Assembly (NCBI GenBank): GCA_035221665.1 | Contig: CM069159.1 | Coordinates: 19,654,365 to 19,718,000, forward strand | Direction of reading: 5' to 3' | Source: Okamejei kenojei | Lineage: Eukaryota | DNA length: 63,636 nucleotides | Shown here: positions 12,383 to 26,654 of the stretch, piece after piece | How positions within the stretch are numbered: the stretch's first letter is position 1 | How the letters are laid out: each line of letters starts with the position of its first letter | Program-made: the position numbers and the translations under genes | Notes under the pieces: generated by a model | The model's database searches: none | Told to the model about the DNA's origin: nothing | What the model saw: the letters and a program-made list of their open reading frames with translations, nothing else

Positions 12383-13909
12383 TAAATGCTGGTATTTAAG
12401 CATGTTCCTTGGTGTGGTGGCAACGCTTAAAGATTTTAACACAGAAAAGATTGATGTGAATGCCAATTGTTTTGTTCATTAAATTAGTGAGCTTTTATCA
12501 TGCATTTTCTATGATATGAAAATTTTAAACAAAATAAACATATTTTGAAAATTTCCATTAAAATGTGACATGTCCAGTAAGAATAGCCTAAGGTCCATTT
12601 AAGTTTGCCTTCTCCCCAATACAAAATGGCTACATGTTCATTTTTGACTCTTCAGTTCTCCATGGAGCTTTGCACTGGCTTCCACAAGGTCAGAAGGAAG
12701 ATAATTATGACATGCATGCAATGGAGGAATGTATTCCTTCAATAGCTAAATAATGCTTTTTGCAACAGGCTGCAAGGGACAGACATTACGTTACACCAGC
12801 AAAGTCTCATGACCCGCAGTGTCAACCATCCTTTTGCTTCCACAGATGCTGCCTGACCCATTGAATTCCTCCAGCAGTTTGTTTATTGCTCCAGCTGCCA
12901 GCATCCACAGTCTCTCGTGTCTCCATTTTACATTACCTGAGGATGGATGTTGAGCATCAGTGGTGGGTGGGCATATGGTGACACAAAAATCTGAGGCCAA
13001 TTATTATTTATTGTGTGTAATGTGCCTGTAATGCAGCCGCAAGTTAAGATTTTCATTGTTCCAGTTCATAAGTGGTTGAGATGATAAAGTTATGGGATTA
13101 TCACAGCATGGTAAGTAGGCAGGGTAACACACCCAGCCAACTGATTTATTTTCCAGACTGCCACAGAGGCGAGTTTGCTTCTGCTGCTTGCTTGATTGCT
13201 TCTGCTCATTGTCATATCAGGAACCTGAGATTAAATTTATTTACCATTCACAATTGCAGCAATGTCTTTGGGCAGAGTGTGCTTTCATTATTAAATACGG
13301 TCAACTGCAAAAAAAAAATTGAACCAAAATAATAGCTTAGCAACACATTATTGCTCTGTGAAAAACCAAGGCTTTGCTTTTGCACATGAAGATGAGTGAT
13401 AAGAGAGGAAGAGATGTGTCTTGCATCTTGTCATTCTGCTTGTCTACAGAGTTACTGCATTCACAATATTGTTGTAAAATCATACTTGAACAGACCGCTC
13501 ATTTGGCTAAGGATGATTTCTACTCATTGCAGCTCTTACAAATATTTTTTAGCTGCATTTTTCTTGGCAGCTATAACACTATAGTTGCACTCTGTTTATT
13601 TTCTCTTGCACTACCTAATGCACTTGTATAGTATGAATTGTGTGGATGAAACACAAAACAAAACATTTTGACTATCTTATACATATGACAATAGTAACTA
13701 AACTAAATTCTAAAAAGCTTTTAGAAATATGGACTTGAAGCAGTATTTTGTTTATACTCGGCATGTATTAACTTAGTTCGATAACAGAGAGCACACACTA
13801 AGAAGTTATTGATGTTTACAGTTTCTCCTAACATTATAGATGTATAATTCCCCTGAACTGACTTCACAATGATGACCTCCTGAATTAAAATCCACATACA
13901 TTGCAGCTT

Positions 13910-14530
13910 TAACGTCGTGGAGCTGGCGGTCCCTTTGTTAGGGATTGATTGCGAGAACTCCAACTGCAGGAGCTTCGACTGCCCCAATCGCAGGAGCTGC
14001 GATCACCCCGATGTGGAGGCTTTGATTACCAACTGCGGGAGCTTCGATCGCCCCAACGCGAAGGTGTCGATTGCCCCGACCGCGGGAGAAAAAGGAGTGG
14101 GGAATGTGATGTTGACACAAAAAAACAAGATGGACGTGCAACCAACACTGGTGAGGACTCTGTGGAGTGCCGTGAATGCAGTGATTTTAAGTTTTGTTTT
14201 GCAGGGACATGGCTCCATGAGGACATCCCGGAGTCTAGTGCGAATGTGATCGGCTTTCTGACTGTTCGGGCGGACAAAGACTGTAGAGAGAGTGACAGCA
14301 GTCAGTGGCAACTCTGTCACATCACGGTGAAGGAGCGTGCGTGTGTGGCTCAAACATTGAACTGAAGGCTGTGGGTCTCCACTTATGCTGTGTGCCCTGA
14401 GGATTTCCACATGCTATTGTGGTGGCTGTTTATGTTTAATTTTTATGTGGTTATATGTATCTTGTGGGTTTTTTTGTATGACTATTGGCAAATCAATTCC
14501 TTGTTTGCTTACTTACTTGGCTAATAAATT
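13910..14530 (+). mobile_element. GC-rich composite non-autonomous retroposon-like repeat
   Basis: Internal degenerate tandem units (gagcttcgatcgcccc-like), gtggtggctgtttatgt segment and AATAAA-terminated 3' end shared with the 38700 and 56765 elements. Confidence 0.45.
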
Positions 14531-15266
14531 AATTGCAATTATAATTACAATTAATTTTAATGACAGAAAAAGTGTTTAACCACCAGGAAAGTAGGTCAAC
14601 ATTATGGCATCGAGGGACCAAATCTTTATCATATAGGTGACCTGGAAACAGACAGGAAATTAAGAAGAGAGTTGAAGTGCCATCAATGAGGAAGAGCTGT
14701 GCAAAACCTCTTTCATATTTAAGTGCAAACTGCCACATTCTATTGTTAAATTTAATCTGCTACTTGCTTGTCCAAGTCCTGTGTTTATATATCCTCTGCA
14801 GTAAGACTGAAAAAAAAAAGCATAATTCTATTTCAGGAACTCTCTGATGTGCTGCACACTTTTGAAGTGGAGTCGTATTGTGATGCAGAAATTGTGGAAA
14901 TCCAAGTTGCATGGAGTGGGATCCCACAGTGAGTAAAGAGTGAAAACTCAATCTGTTGTTAAAAGATTAGTGTGCGGCAGCGTTAAGAGGTTGTTAATGG
15001 GGGTACTGATTTTGGATGATCAACCATCATCATATTGAATGACGGTGTTGGCTCGAAGGGTCGAACGGCCTACTCCTGCACCTATTTTATATGTTTCTAT
15101 GATGCCTCATTTATCAAACAGAGTATCTGGTTTTAACTGAAATATGTCATCTCAATCTGCTTTTCATTTTCTAAAGGAACAACTGATTGCCAACACCTTT
15201 CCTTCACAAATTACCCTTTTATTGATCACTTTATTTCGATCTAAATTTTTTTTAATCTTCCCTTCA

Positions 15267-18200
15267 ATTTTACTTCGGAGTCACGTGAGTGACTACGTGA
15301 AGAGCCCGCCTCACGCTGGCAAACGGCATTACGTCGACGCTGACGGCGGAAGGAGGAGCTGCAGTAAGGAGCAGCTCCTCGCAGCGGTCGGAACGGCCCG
15401 CAGGTAAGTGCAGCAAAGTCGGGATGTTTTTTTAGCGTACGCTGGGTGGGTCCAGCAGTAAAAGTAAAATAAAATAAAAGTCAGAGACACGTTTAAAGTG
15501 CTGTTTTAGCACAGATTAATGAAAGAAATGGAGAGAAATCGGCAAAGAAAATTTGCGGGTAAAAAGAGCTTCCCGGGGTGAAAATAAAATACGGGAAAAA
15601 AGCTAGTGCGGATCCGGTTCCGATACCGGTGGCCGCTGATATATATCCGTTAGCGAGTTCTAGATTCTCCAGAAGTTATAACCACGGAGAGAAATGTTCC
15701 TAAAAATGTAAAAGAAATCTGAGAGGCCCGTGGTTCTGATGACTCTGATACTGAAAGTCCTCCAGATAATTAAACTATGTGGAACTAATAATGGAGCATA
15801 TGGAGAAAGTTCTCCAAAAAATTTATGAGACTAGGGTCACAGTACCCAGAAGGTTCCCAAAAAAAGCCCTGAGGGGTTTAATTATTCTGAATATGGCTGT
15901 GGGCCTAATTGGGAGTTGGAATTCCGGACCCAGGATTTGGGCCGAAGGAAGTCTCATGGGATGAAATCCCAATTGATTTAGGGCTGCAGAAGGCAGACCC
16001 TGCTGATGGTGATTTTGCATTTGAAAACACACCACAAAATAAAAGAAAGGCCAATTGTGCCTGGGATAGCAAAAGAATTTGCTATATATGAAGGAAGTGG
16101 TGAAGCTATGGAAGAAAACCTAGCTGCCACATTAATATATGGTATCTCACCACCTTCAATGATTCTGTGATAATTGAAACATCAGAATTATAAACGCACA
16201 GGAAATTGTGCCTCATTGGAAGTGCCTACGGTTTATCCGTTGATATGGGCATCCATGACCCCAAATATGAGAGCTCAAGAAGTGAGGTTCAAAAATCCTC
16301 ACAAATTATTCTGCTGCCATTATGGCTTTTGGGGAGATGGATAAATTTAGGAAAGAGGGCCTATTGTGCAAATTCTTTCTATGAAATTATTGTATGAGGA
16401 AAATGGCTATTCGGCCCATATTTCACCCAAGGTTTGCAAGCCTGTGTCGAGCAAGTGGTGTTCAAGCTCCTGGTTATCTGTTTGGAGTAAATCTGCCTAA
16501 AATTATTAAAAATTGGATGAAGAAGCTAAAAATTTTAGCTGCATGAAACCTTCGTCTTAGGACAAAAAAGGTATTTTTCGCCCAGAAGGGGATTTGGTTT
16601 TGGAAATAGAGGCAGAAATATGTCAAGGAAAATATTATTGTACTGTACAGCCCAATACTTACCCGTATTCGGGGAAAAGGAGACCACCACGCTCATATGG
16701 AGAGGTATTAAAGACTTTTCTATCCTTAAAGAAACTGCGGATTAATCTCCAGTTGGAGGGAGATTACAAAAGTTTTATAAACTGGCTTACTATTACTTCT
16801 GATCGGTTTATTTTTACAAGCAGTTTCAGGAGCCAACTATTACATTTAAAGAAGGGGTTAATCCTCCAGTACAGATAAACCTGCCTATGCTTTCGTGTTT
16901 ACTGCAATTGGAAAAGCAGAGATTAATGTGGAAATTGACAAATTATCTGAAAAGGGGTTATTGAAAAAACTTATGAACACGAGCATCAATTGTGCCTAAG
17001 ATATTTCAAAAGACATAAAAAGATGGTGATTGCAGAATTATTCTGGATCTTACAGATCTAAATAAGTGGTAGAATACAAACTTTTAAATGGAAACATTTA
17101 ATACTGCAAGATATTTAATATCAGCAGGTTGTTATATGGCTATGATTGATTTGAAAAACACCTATTATTCTGTACCAATACATCAGTTTCTGGAGGTACT
17201 TAAAAATTTAATTGGCTGGGACAATTATGGCAGTTTAAAGCTTTGCCAAATGGATTGAGTTCAGCTCCCAGGCTCTTTACTAAACTGTTGAAACCAGTTT
17301 TAGCCCAATTAAGAGTACAAAAACACAATCGTTATGGCTTATCTCGATGACATTTCTAATCATTTATGGCAATCAAGAGTCAGCTGAGAATTAGTTTCAG
17401 TACAAAGCTTTGTTAAAGCTAGGGTCCTTGATTCATCCAATTAAATCCCAGCTGCAGCCAGAACAATCAATTAACTATTTGGAGTTTGTAATTAACTCAG
17501 AAACTATGTTAATACTTTACCAACAAAGATAAAGTTGATGATTTTTAGTGACTTGTAATAATCTCATTCACAAACTTATCCTTCCATCCGAGAAGTAGCG
17601 AAAACTATTGGTAAACTAGTAGCAGCATTTCCTGCAGTAGAATTTGGTCCATTACATTATCAAAATCTTCAAAGGGACAAAATAAGAGCTCTCAAAGAGA
17701 GGGCAGGACACTTTGATAGGCCTATGCAATTAACAAAAGAAGTTTTGTTGGAATTACCATGGTGGGTTAAAAAATGTCCCACAAGCTGCTAAAAAGCATT
17801 CTGATTAAACAGCCTGAAATTGTTTATAAATAGATGCTAATGCTCTCGGGGGGGGGGGGGGGGGGTAACAGATTCAGCCTCCAGTTGTGGAGGTAGATGG
17901 AAAGTCCAAGAAGAAACGTTTCTTCAAACTTATGGTATTAACTATTTAGAGTTATTGGGTGCTTTCTATGGTCTAAAAGCATATTGCTGTTCAAAAAAGG
18001 GTCTACATGTATTAATACGGCTGTTGCATATATTAATCACATGGGGGGGAGTCAGATCAGTATCATGTGATTGTCTGGTCAATGAAATATGGCAATGGTG
18101 TATTGATTGCCAAATTTGGATTTCAGCAAACTACATTCCAGGTAAAGACAATGTGGTGGCAGATAAAAGATCAAGGATATTTAAAGATAACACAGAATGG

Positions 18201-20189
18201 ATGCTTAATCCAGCAATATTTAAGAATATTGTAACTGAATTTGATTTACCAGAAATTGATTTGTTTGCATCAAGGCTTAATCATCAATTGCCTAAATATG
18301 TGTCTTGGGAACACGATCCAGATGCAGTAGCAGTAGATGCTTTTTCATTGAAACTGGGGGAATACGTTCTTTTATGCTTTTCCACCTTTTGCTTTGGTTC
18401 AGCAATGTCTGAAGGAAATAGAACAAGATTCTGCCACAGGATTGTTGGTAGTTCCAAATTGGCCAACACAACCTTGGTTCCCATTAATGCTGAATATGAT
18501 TAAAGAACCATATATGTCAATTCCTAACTGTAGTGATATTTTTGATTAATCTAGTAACCAAAGAAATTTATCCATTATATGCATATATGAATTTATTAAT
18601 CTGCAGGTTTTGACCAGACCACTACAGGAGCTGGGATTGTCGGACAAAACTATGGAAGTTATAGTCGCATCATGGCGAGATAACACACAAAAACAATATA
18701 TGACACATATTAAGAAATGGGAAGAATTTTGCACACAGTCAAATATTTCCTATGATACTGTGAATATTGCATGTTTGATATTGTGATACTGTGATATTGC
18801 ATGAAAAATGTATTGGAGCTCCTTGCTAAATTGCATTTTGAGCAACATTTAAGTTACAGTGCCATTAACACTGCACGCAGTGCCTTATCATCTTATTTAG
18901 GACTAATGTCTGACCAGAAATCAATTGGATCACATCCATTAATATCTAGATTCATGAAAGGAATCTTTAACATCAATCCACCCAAACCAAGGTACACAGA
19001 GATTTGGGATGTGAGCATTGTACTTACCTTACTTAGACAGTGGACTCCAATTGAAGGATTGTCATTGGAAAGATTAACATTGAAATTAATAATGTTAATG
19101 TCATTGGTTTCAGCTCAAAGAGTGCAAACTTTACAAATTGCGTTTAGACTGTATGCATGTGACTACAGATAACATTGTGTTCTATGTTTACGATCTGATC
19201 AAACAAAGCAGACCAGGGAGATCTGGAGCTAAGGTAACCTTTCAAGCTTATCCTATTGATCCTACTTTGTGTGTGGTTAAACATTTGAATCAATATGTTA
19301 AAGTTACTGAAACTCTTCGAGGAAATGAAAAAACGTTAATGATTACGCATAAAAAGCCACACACTAAAGCTTCAGTTCAAACTATCTCAAAGTGGTTGAA
19401 ACAGGTGTTACTGTTAGCAGGAGTAGACACTGATGTGTTCAAATCTCACTCCACCAGGGCTGCAGCTACGTCCGCGGCGAAGGTGCGGGACGTACCACTC
19501 GAGCATATTTTAAAAATCGCAGGGTGGAGTAAAGAAGAAACTTTTTCAAAGTTCTACAATAAACCTGTTCACACTATGACAAGCTTTGGCCACGCGGTGT
19601 TGGGATCAATATAGTCACCTGCTTTGTATACTATTGATTACTATAACCAGTTATGTAGTCACTTATATCTTTTACACTTGTAATTATTCCCTCGGATATA
19701 AGGAGGGTTATTATATGTTCTTTAAACCATTAAAAAGTTAATTATGGAAAGAACTAATATTAGTCTGGTTTCTCATGTATGTATTTACTTAGCCGGACTG
19801 TCGTACTGATTAATTCTACCACATAAAAAACACAGAAAGCTTTAAAATCTTCACGTAGTCACTCACGTGACTCCGAAGTAAAATAGTAAGATTAAACGAG
19901 AACTTACCAGTTCGAAGTTTGATCATTATTTTATGAGGAGTTACGATGAGGGATTACGTGCCCTCCACTCCCACCCTCATAAAATAAATGATCATCTGGT
20001 AGTTCTAAGTCTATTATGAGCCTTACTATGTTACTTCGGCTATTTGGTGTTCTGTGTTTTTCATGCCGCTGCTTTGAAGTATGCCGTTTGCCAGCGTGAG
20101 GCGGGCTCTTCACGTAATCCCTCATCGTAACTCCTCATAAAATAACGATCAAACTTCGAACTGGTAAGTTCTCGTTTAATCTTACTATT
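15267..20189 (+). mobile_element. DIRS1-type tyrosine-recombinase retrotransposon, copy A (AT-rich, ORFs frameshifted)
   Basis: Left ITR from 15267, ICR 19848-19960 complementary to both termini, right ITR 20079-20116 plus extension. RT (AYLD region ~17337), RNase H, DLFAS methylase-like domain and YR (SHSTRAA..W..TF..FY). Confidence 0.95.
18600..19614 (+). pseudogene. DIRS tyrosine recombinase ORF (interrupted), copy A
   Basis: LSYSAINTARSALS, AQRVQTL, KSHSTRAAATS, GWSKEETFSKFY split over several frames. Confidence 0.9.
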
Positions 20190-21479
20190 AAATTTTATAA
20201 TACTGCACCACAAGTCCAATTCTCTACTTTAGTATTTTTCTAGCTTTTTCCAATGAAATAAACATTGCCTATTAGTATAGTCCTAATAAAAACAAGCTGG
20301 ACGGAAGTAAGATCAACAATAAAGATATTATTCGTTTTAATTTGTCAATGCAATTGGAGGGTGTTCCAAATTAAGTTGACAGCTGTTCACTCACCCGCCC
20401 TGTCATTCTGTAACAATAAGGAACTGCAGATACTCGTTCATACCAATGTTTAACCCTATTATTTTCATGCTTACAGGCTATTAACACGTTAGTAATATGC
20501 TAGGGACATACTTTCAGTTTAATCTATTGTGGGAGAGGCTTGTACTGGAGAGATGTCTGTGGCTGCTGAAGGGAGTGAATGGAAGTAATGAGAAAGCTTT
20601 TTCCAAGCCAGCACCTATAAAGTAAACACAGCTGTGTAGCATGATTTTGTATAAACATTAACAGAAATGCACGAATCACGTGGCTCCATGGACAACATCT
20701 GTGGAAAAAAGCAACCAGTTAAAGTAAAACGCCAAAAAAAGACACAAAGTGCTTGAGTAACTCAGCAGGTCAGACTGCATCTCCGGAGAACATGGATAGG
20801 TGTTGTTTCGGGAAGAAGAGTCCCAACGCAATTGTCACCTATTCATGTCCTCCAGTGATGCTGCCTGACCCATTGAGTCACTGCAGCACTTTTTGTCTTT
20901 CTTTTTGTATAAACCAGCATCTGCAGTTCCTCGTATCTCCACACAAAACAAAATGTGCTGGTGGAACTCAGCGTCTCAGGCAGCACATTGAGAGAGAATG
21001 GACAGGCAACTTTTCAGGTCAGGATACCTTCCTTGGTGGAATGGTCCTGAACTGAAAGTCACCAGTCCATTCCCATACCAGACCTGCTAAGTTCCTCCAG
21101 TACTTTGCCCAATATTTCTGTACCTTCAGTCACTTGTATATTCAGACAAGTTAGCGTTTCAGGTTGCAGACTCTTCATCAGGACTATCCCTAGAAACATT
21201 AGCCTATTTCCATCAAAAGCAAAATAATTGGGTTCTGGAAATCAGAAATACAAGCAGAAATCTTTTGAAGAAGGGTTTGGGCCCGAAATGTTGCCTATCG
21301 CCTTCGCTCCATAGATGCTGCTGCACCCACTGAGTTTCTCCAGCATTTGTGTACCCCAGCAGAAATCTTTTGCTGTCTCTTCTACCTACCGGATATCCTT
21401 GCACACTTAGCTGGCAACATTTATCATCCAGAAATCACAATTCCATTTCAGCATTTACCAAACCAATATTCGGTTCATC

Positions 21480-21650
21480 TACTTCTCATAATCCCGACTC
21501 CACACGGCAGCTTTCCCGATTCCACACGGCGGCTTATATTTCACCGATCGGAACAAAACGTGGCGAAAAAATCCTAGCGATTTTGGGTAGCACTTTTGTG
21601 CAACTTTAATTACAATTGTCAAGATGAGAGTTTTAGTAATAGTATAGAGA
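21480..21650 (+). mobile_element. Short Helentron/DINE-like non-autonomous element fragment
   Basis: 3' end caagatgagagttttagtaatagtatag resembles the ends near 52875 and 54562; caccgatc motif shared. Confidence 0.3.
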
Positions 21651-21789
21651 ACGACGTGAAACACATTCTACTCAAAATGTTTAGATATCAGCACAAATCA
21701 ATGGTTTCCTGTCCTCACCAACAACAACCATGCTAACAAAACAGTAAGTCACTTGTAGTATTTCTCGAAATTGGCAGGAAATTACTGAT

Positions 21790-23635
21790 GTCAGATTCTG
21801 AGCAAGCTATGAGGGCTGATTCCATGGCTAAGAAGCTGCTAAGTAACAATGCTACAGATTTTTGGAAGGAAGTGAGAGCTCTTAGCAGTTGCAAAACATC
21901 TCTACCATGTACTGTAGATGGTATATCCGGAACAGCTAATATCGCGGAGTTATGGCGACAACATTATAGCACTTTATTCAACTGTGTCCAAGGTGACTTG
22001 TATAGGGTGGACAATATTGAGAGTAATGACTCGATGGTGATTATGTCACATGAGGTGTATCATGCCATGAACAAGCTGTCCAACAGCAAAGCAAGTGGCT
22101 TGGATCATATCTCTGCTGAACATCTTAAGTATGCGAGTATGAGGATAGCTCCTCTCCTAGCTATTTGTTTTACTGACTTTATGATTCATGGCTTGTTACC
22201 AGACTCAATGTTGTCTGTCCTGTTAGTGCCGGTTATTAAGGACAAAGCTGGTAAAGTAGGCAGTCCAAATAATTACAGGCCCATAGCTTTAGCCAGCATA
22301 TTGTCAAAAGTCTTAGAGAGTTCTGCTGGATAGAATAAATGAGTTTGTTAACTCCACAGATAACCAGTTTGGCTTTAAAGCTAAACATGGCACTGACTTA
22401 TGCATATTTGCCCTAAAGGAGATTGTAAACAAATTATAGAGGCAAAAACTCTTCAATCCTTATGTGCTTTATTGATGCTTCCAAAGCCTTTGACCGTGTT
22501 AATCACAGAAAGCTGTTTGGTAAAATGAGTCAAAGAGGGGTGCCTAAATACATTGTTAGAATTCTGGCCTACTGGTATGCCCACCAGACTATGCAAATAA
22601 AATGGGGCAATAGGGTCTCAGCCCCATTTGGGGGTTAGCAATGGTGTTAGACAAGGGGGAATTTTGTCCCCAGTCCTTTTTAATCTATATATTGATGATC
22701 TGTCTACACAATTGAAAGTCTGTAACACTGGGTGCGTGATTGGGAATATTTTAGTGAACCATATTATGTATGCAGATGATCTTGTGGTCTTTAGTCCATC
22801 TAGCGCTGGTCTCCAGCAGCTCCTTACTGCATGTTCCGTGTATGGTGTGGAACATGACATTAAATACAATGCTAGTAAGAGTGCTGTTATGGTCTGTAGA
22901 ACCAAAGAGGATAAAAGCCTAAAATATCCTGATTTAAAATTCACTGACCACATTCTTAGTGTCTGTAATAAGATAAAATATATCTAGGGCATATTATTAC
23001 AGAACAAATGACAGATGATGAGGATATTTATAGGCAACGACGCATGCTGTATATACAGGTGAATATCCTCTTGCGCAAATTTGTTGCGTGTGCAGATGTG
23101 GTGAAGATGTCGCTATTTAGAGCATACTGCACATCCCTCTACACTGCGCACCTATGGTTAAACTATTTAAAGACAAGTATGCAGAGACTAAAGGTGGCAT
23201 ATAACGATGCCATGAGAACACTGCTAAGGCAACCAAGATGGTGTAGTGCCAGTAATATGTTGTTGGCTGCAGGAGTCAGTACTTTAGAAGCTATTCTAAG
23301 ACACCACATGTATAAATTCATTTGCAGGATAAATGACTCTAAGAATGTGCTTATTGTGGCCTTGACAAACATAAGGGTTAGCACTACACGCTACGAATCC
23401 CAGTTGTGGTGACACTGGTATCGTTGTCTTGTTGTACATTGATCAGTTTTTACTCTAGATTTTTAACTTAAGTATTGTGGGGTTTTTTTAAATATATAAA
23501 TTATGATTTTTTTATGTGATTTACCATGATTTTATATATATTTATGATATTTGATATGCAATGCATTTTTAATGTAATGTTGCCCCTTGTCTGGACCTTG
23601 AGTCCGTAATAAAGTTATTATTATTATTATTATTT
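21790..23635 (+). mobile_element. 5'-truncated non-LTR retrotransposon (RTE-X-like RT)
   Basis: NYRPIALAS, DASKAFDRV, GVRQGGILSP and YADDL motifs across frameshifts; AATAAA followed by an (ATT)n tail. Confidence 0.8.
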
Positions 23636-25365
23636 TATAACAGCTAGTACGGGCTAACCCTGAGGATCCTTCAGTAAAATGGGATTATTTTCAATTGGTC
23701 AAGAGTCATATGTACCCACTACAGGACAATGGAATTCTTACTTGCTGCAGTTTTACTTAAGCAATAATGCATGGGTCCATATATCATAATCCAGGAGACT
23801 CCAATACAAGATGCTGCACAATAATAAAGTTATTATTATTATTTGTTTTATGGGTCCCTTAGAACAGGGATGGAGAAACAAAGATTGCTCTAAGATTATT
23901 TGGGCTGGCTTGTTCAAGTGGAACGTTTTCCCACTTCCTCGTGGCAAGTTTCTGCATCGCATCCTTTGATGGTACTGCCGAATTAATGTTTTGCCTTTGA
24001 TCTCGTTGTTGTGCTTACAAAAATATTCTGATATCCACCTGCCAATACAAAATAAATGATGTTGGAAGGAACTACAGATGCTAGTTTAAATCGAAAATGG
24101 ACACAAAATTCTGGAGTAACTCAGTGGGACAGGCAGCATCTCTGGAAAGAAGGAATGGAAGGTATGTTACACATTCCTTCTCTCCAGAGATGCTGCTAGT
24201 CCCGCTGAGTGTCACCAGCATTTTGTGTGCATTTTCAAAAAATAAATGAAAGAAAATCAGTAGAGAACACAGTTTTCATAGTATTGTTATTTTGGGTCAT
24301 CTTGGTGTCATTCAATTGCTTTTAAAAGTCTTTAATTGTTCTTAACTTAAGAAGGAGATTTGAAGAATCGTCTTAAGAAGGAGAATGCGTGGAGACTCAC
24401 CAGTCCAACAATATTGCCCTGGAGTCAACATACATTAAAAATTGACATTGTACACATGCTGTATTGTAAATAGAGGAAATATATATGAATGAAAAAACAA
24501 TCTACTTTTAGCTTATCTCACTGGTTATGAAAAACATTGGGAAATGGGGAATTACTTGAAAAGACCTCTGAGGAAATGTCCTGCTAATATCAGCAACACT
24601 GTACAGTAGTGTCTCTCCTTCACCCACAATAAACAGTACACTTGAAAAAAACCTTAGTGTCAGAGTTGGAATTTGCAATGATGAGGAAAATGATTGGATT
24701 TCAGGGACTCTGTCATTAACTCCAGCAATCTTATTCCAGGGGTTATACTTGAACCCATGCATGTTTGCCCGAACTTGACACCACTGCAGGCTACAAGCTT
24801 GAACAGCAATGATGATGAACCCCATGCTATATCGGGTACGCACCCCTTTACAAATTGCATCATGTGACTAATGGCCGTCTTCACAAATGTTTCAGTGCTG
24901 GACGCAGAATGCACAAGAAGATTCCTGTCCCTACGTAAACTTTTCTTTTCTCTAATAAAGTAGCCTTGTTTACTTGAATCACTAGCCATTTTACAGTGTT
25001 TCAGAGCGGGAACCTGAGCTGCCAAGGCGCTTCTGGTGTGGGTTTTAGACGTGATATTTGAAGTCAGTAACCTGATAGTCTCCCAGGTTGAATGCAGTTG
25101 AAATGTTCTTTGGGGAATTGTTCAGCATGGGATTGTTTTGTTATATTTAAATGTCAACCGGAAAAGTCTGTTCTGAGAAGCGAGCAGTTTCAATTAACAG
25201 AACAGTCAGTGAAATGTACTTTTTGTCACTTAAATCATTCAAAGGCACAGCATTCTGTGTTTTCCAACTACTTCCATAATTCTCATTTCTGGAACTACTA
25301 AATATTGAGAGATATTGCAACTTACCAAGACTGGGCTGGGGCCTCCAGCAATGAAAGATTTGCGC

Positions 25366-25478
25366 CTTGGATGCAGCTAAATGATCTGAAGGAAATTCAT
25401 AATGACTTCCCATAAAACGATGTCCATTTTATGGGAAGTCAATGTGAATTTCCTTCAGATCATTTAGCAGCTTCCAAG
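25366..25478. repeat. 52-bp near-perfect inverted repeat with 9-nt loop
   Basis: Arms 25366-25417 and 25427-25478 differ at 4 positions. Confidence 0.95.
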
Positions 25479-26654
25479 AAACACTTTCTTTGAAAATCTG
25501 TGTTTGTTATTTCAAAACTAGAGATACAACGGAGATGTATTTGTACACCATTGCAGGTGAGAGCTTTGAAGGAGGCAGATATTCACAGGGAACAGGCATG
25601 AAAATAAAGCTTGGATCCATGATATATCCTTAGGTCGATATCTCATAGCAGCCATGAACTCATGGAGTTGTGAAACAGGAAAGAAGGGCCAAATGGCTCT
25701 ACTTCTGCTCCTGTCCTCTCCGTCTGAAGTCTTCCAACTGGAATTGACAACAACCCCACCAGCACCAACCAGAATAGCATGAATGTTGGCCTGTGAATGA
25801 CTCTAAAATAATTACCCTGCCACTTATTTTGTAACCTGAAATAAAACAAGTTCATGCTGGGAATACTCAGCAAGTCATGCAATATCTGCGGAGAAAAGCT
25901 AAGTTGGCCTTTCAGGTTGAGTAAGTGTCCTCAGCATTTTGCTTGCACTGGAAATCTCACGACAGCTGGATAATAAAGCAGGGAATGATTGACGTACTTA
26001 GGAATATGTGATATACAATGCATTTATTGATTGCTGCTCTTAAGCAGATTAAAAGGAGCATTGACTTTTTTTGCACCATGCCGAATTGTGGAAATCAGTG
26101 ATCAGCAATATTAAATGTCATGTTAACAATCTCAATAAACCCTGGGTAAATTGCACATGTCAGTAGGAGTCAGCTGGTCAAGGGTAGACTTTCCACATTG
26201 TGCAACTGGGACTTCTTTGGTAGGAACTAATTCATTTGTATAGCCTTTGTTGCTTCTGTCTCCAATGTGCACGAGTCAGTTTCTCTGCTGAAAATTACAT
26301 CTAATCTGTTACTTACCTGAGATCATAAATAGTTTTGAGACATGATTGAATGCTCCTAACCCAAAAGATTGTTAGTCCATTCCCTTCAGAGCTGCTGTCT
26401 GAACCGTCGAGTTACTCCTGCACTTTGTGCTTTACTTAAGAGGTGTTTGTTTTCTAAAGATTAAAAAGGTGTAACAGATGGTTCATTGAGCTGGTGTCAG
26501 GTGTGTGATTTCAAGGTTTGCTCATTGACTCATCCTTGATGTGTTGATTTAAAAATTGAGTAGGAAAATGTACAGCCAGTCATTGTACAGAAATTGAGGC
26601 ATACTGCTTTGATGATACACATTTTTAATATCCATCCTGAATTGCCTCATTAGA

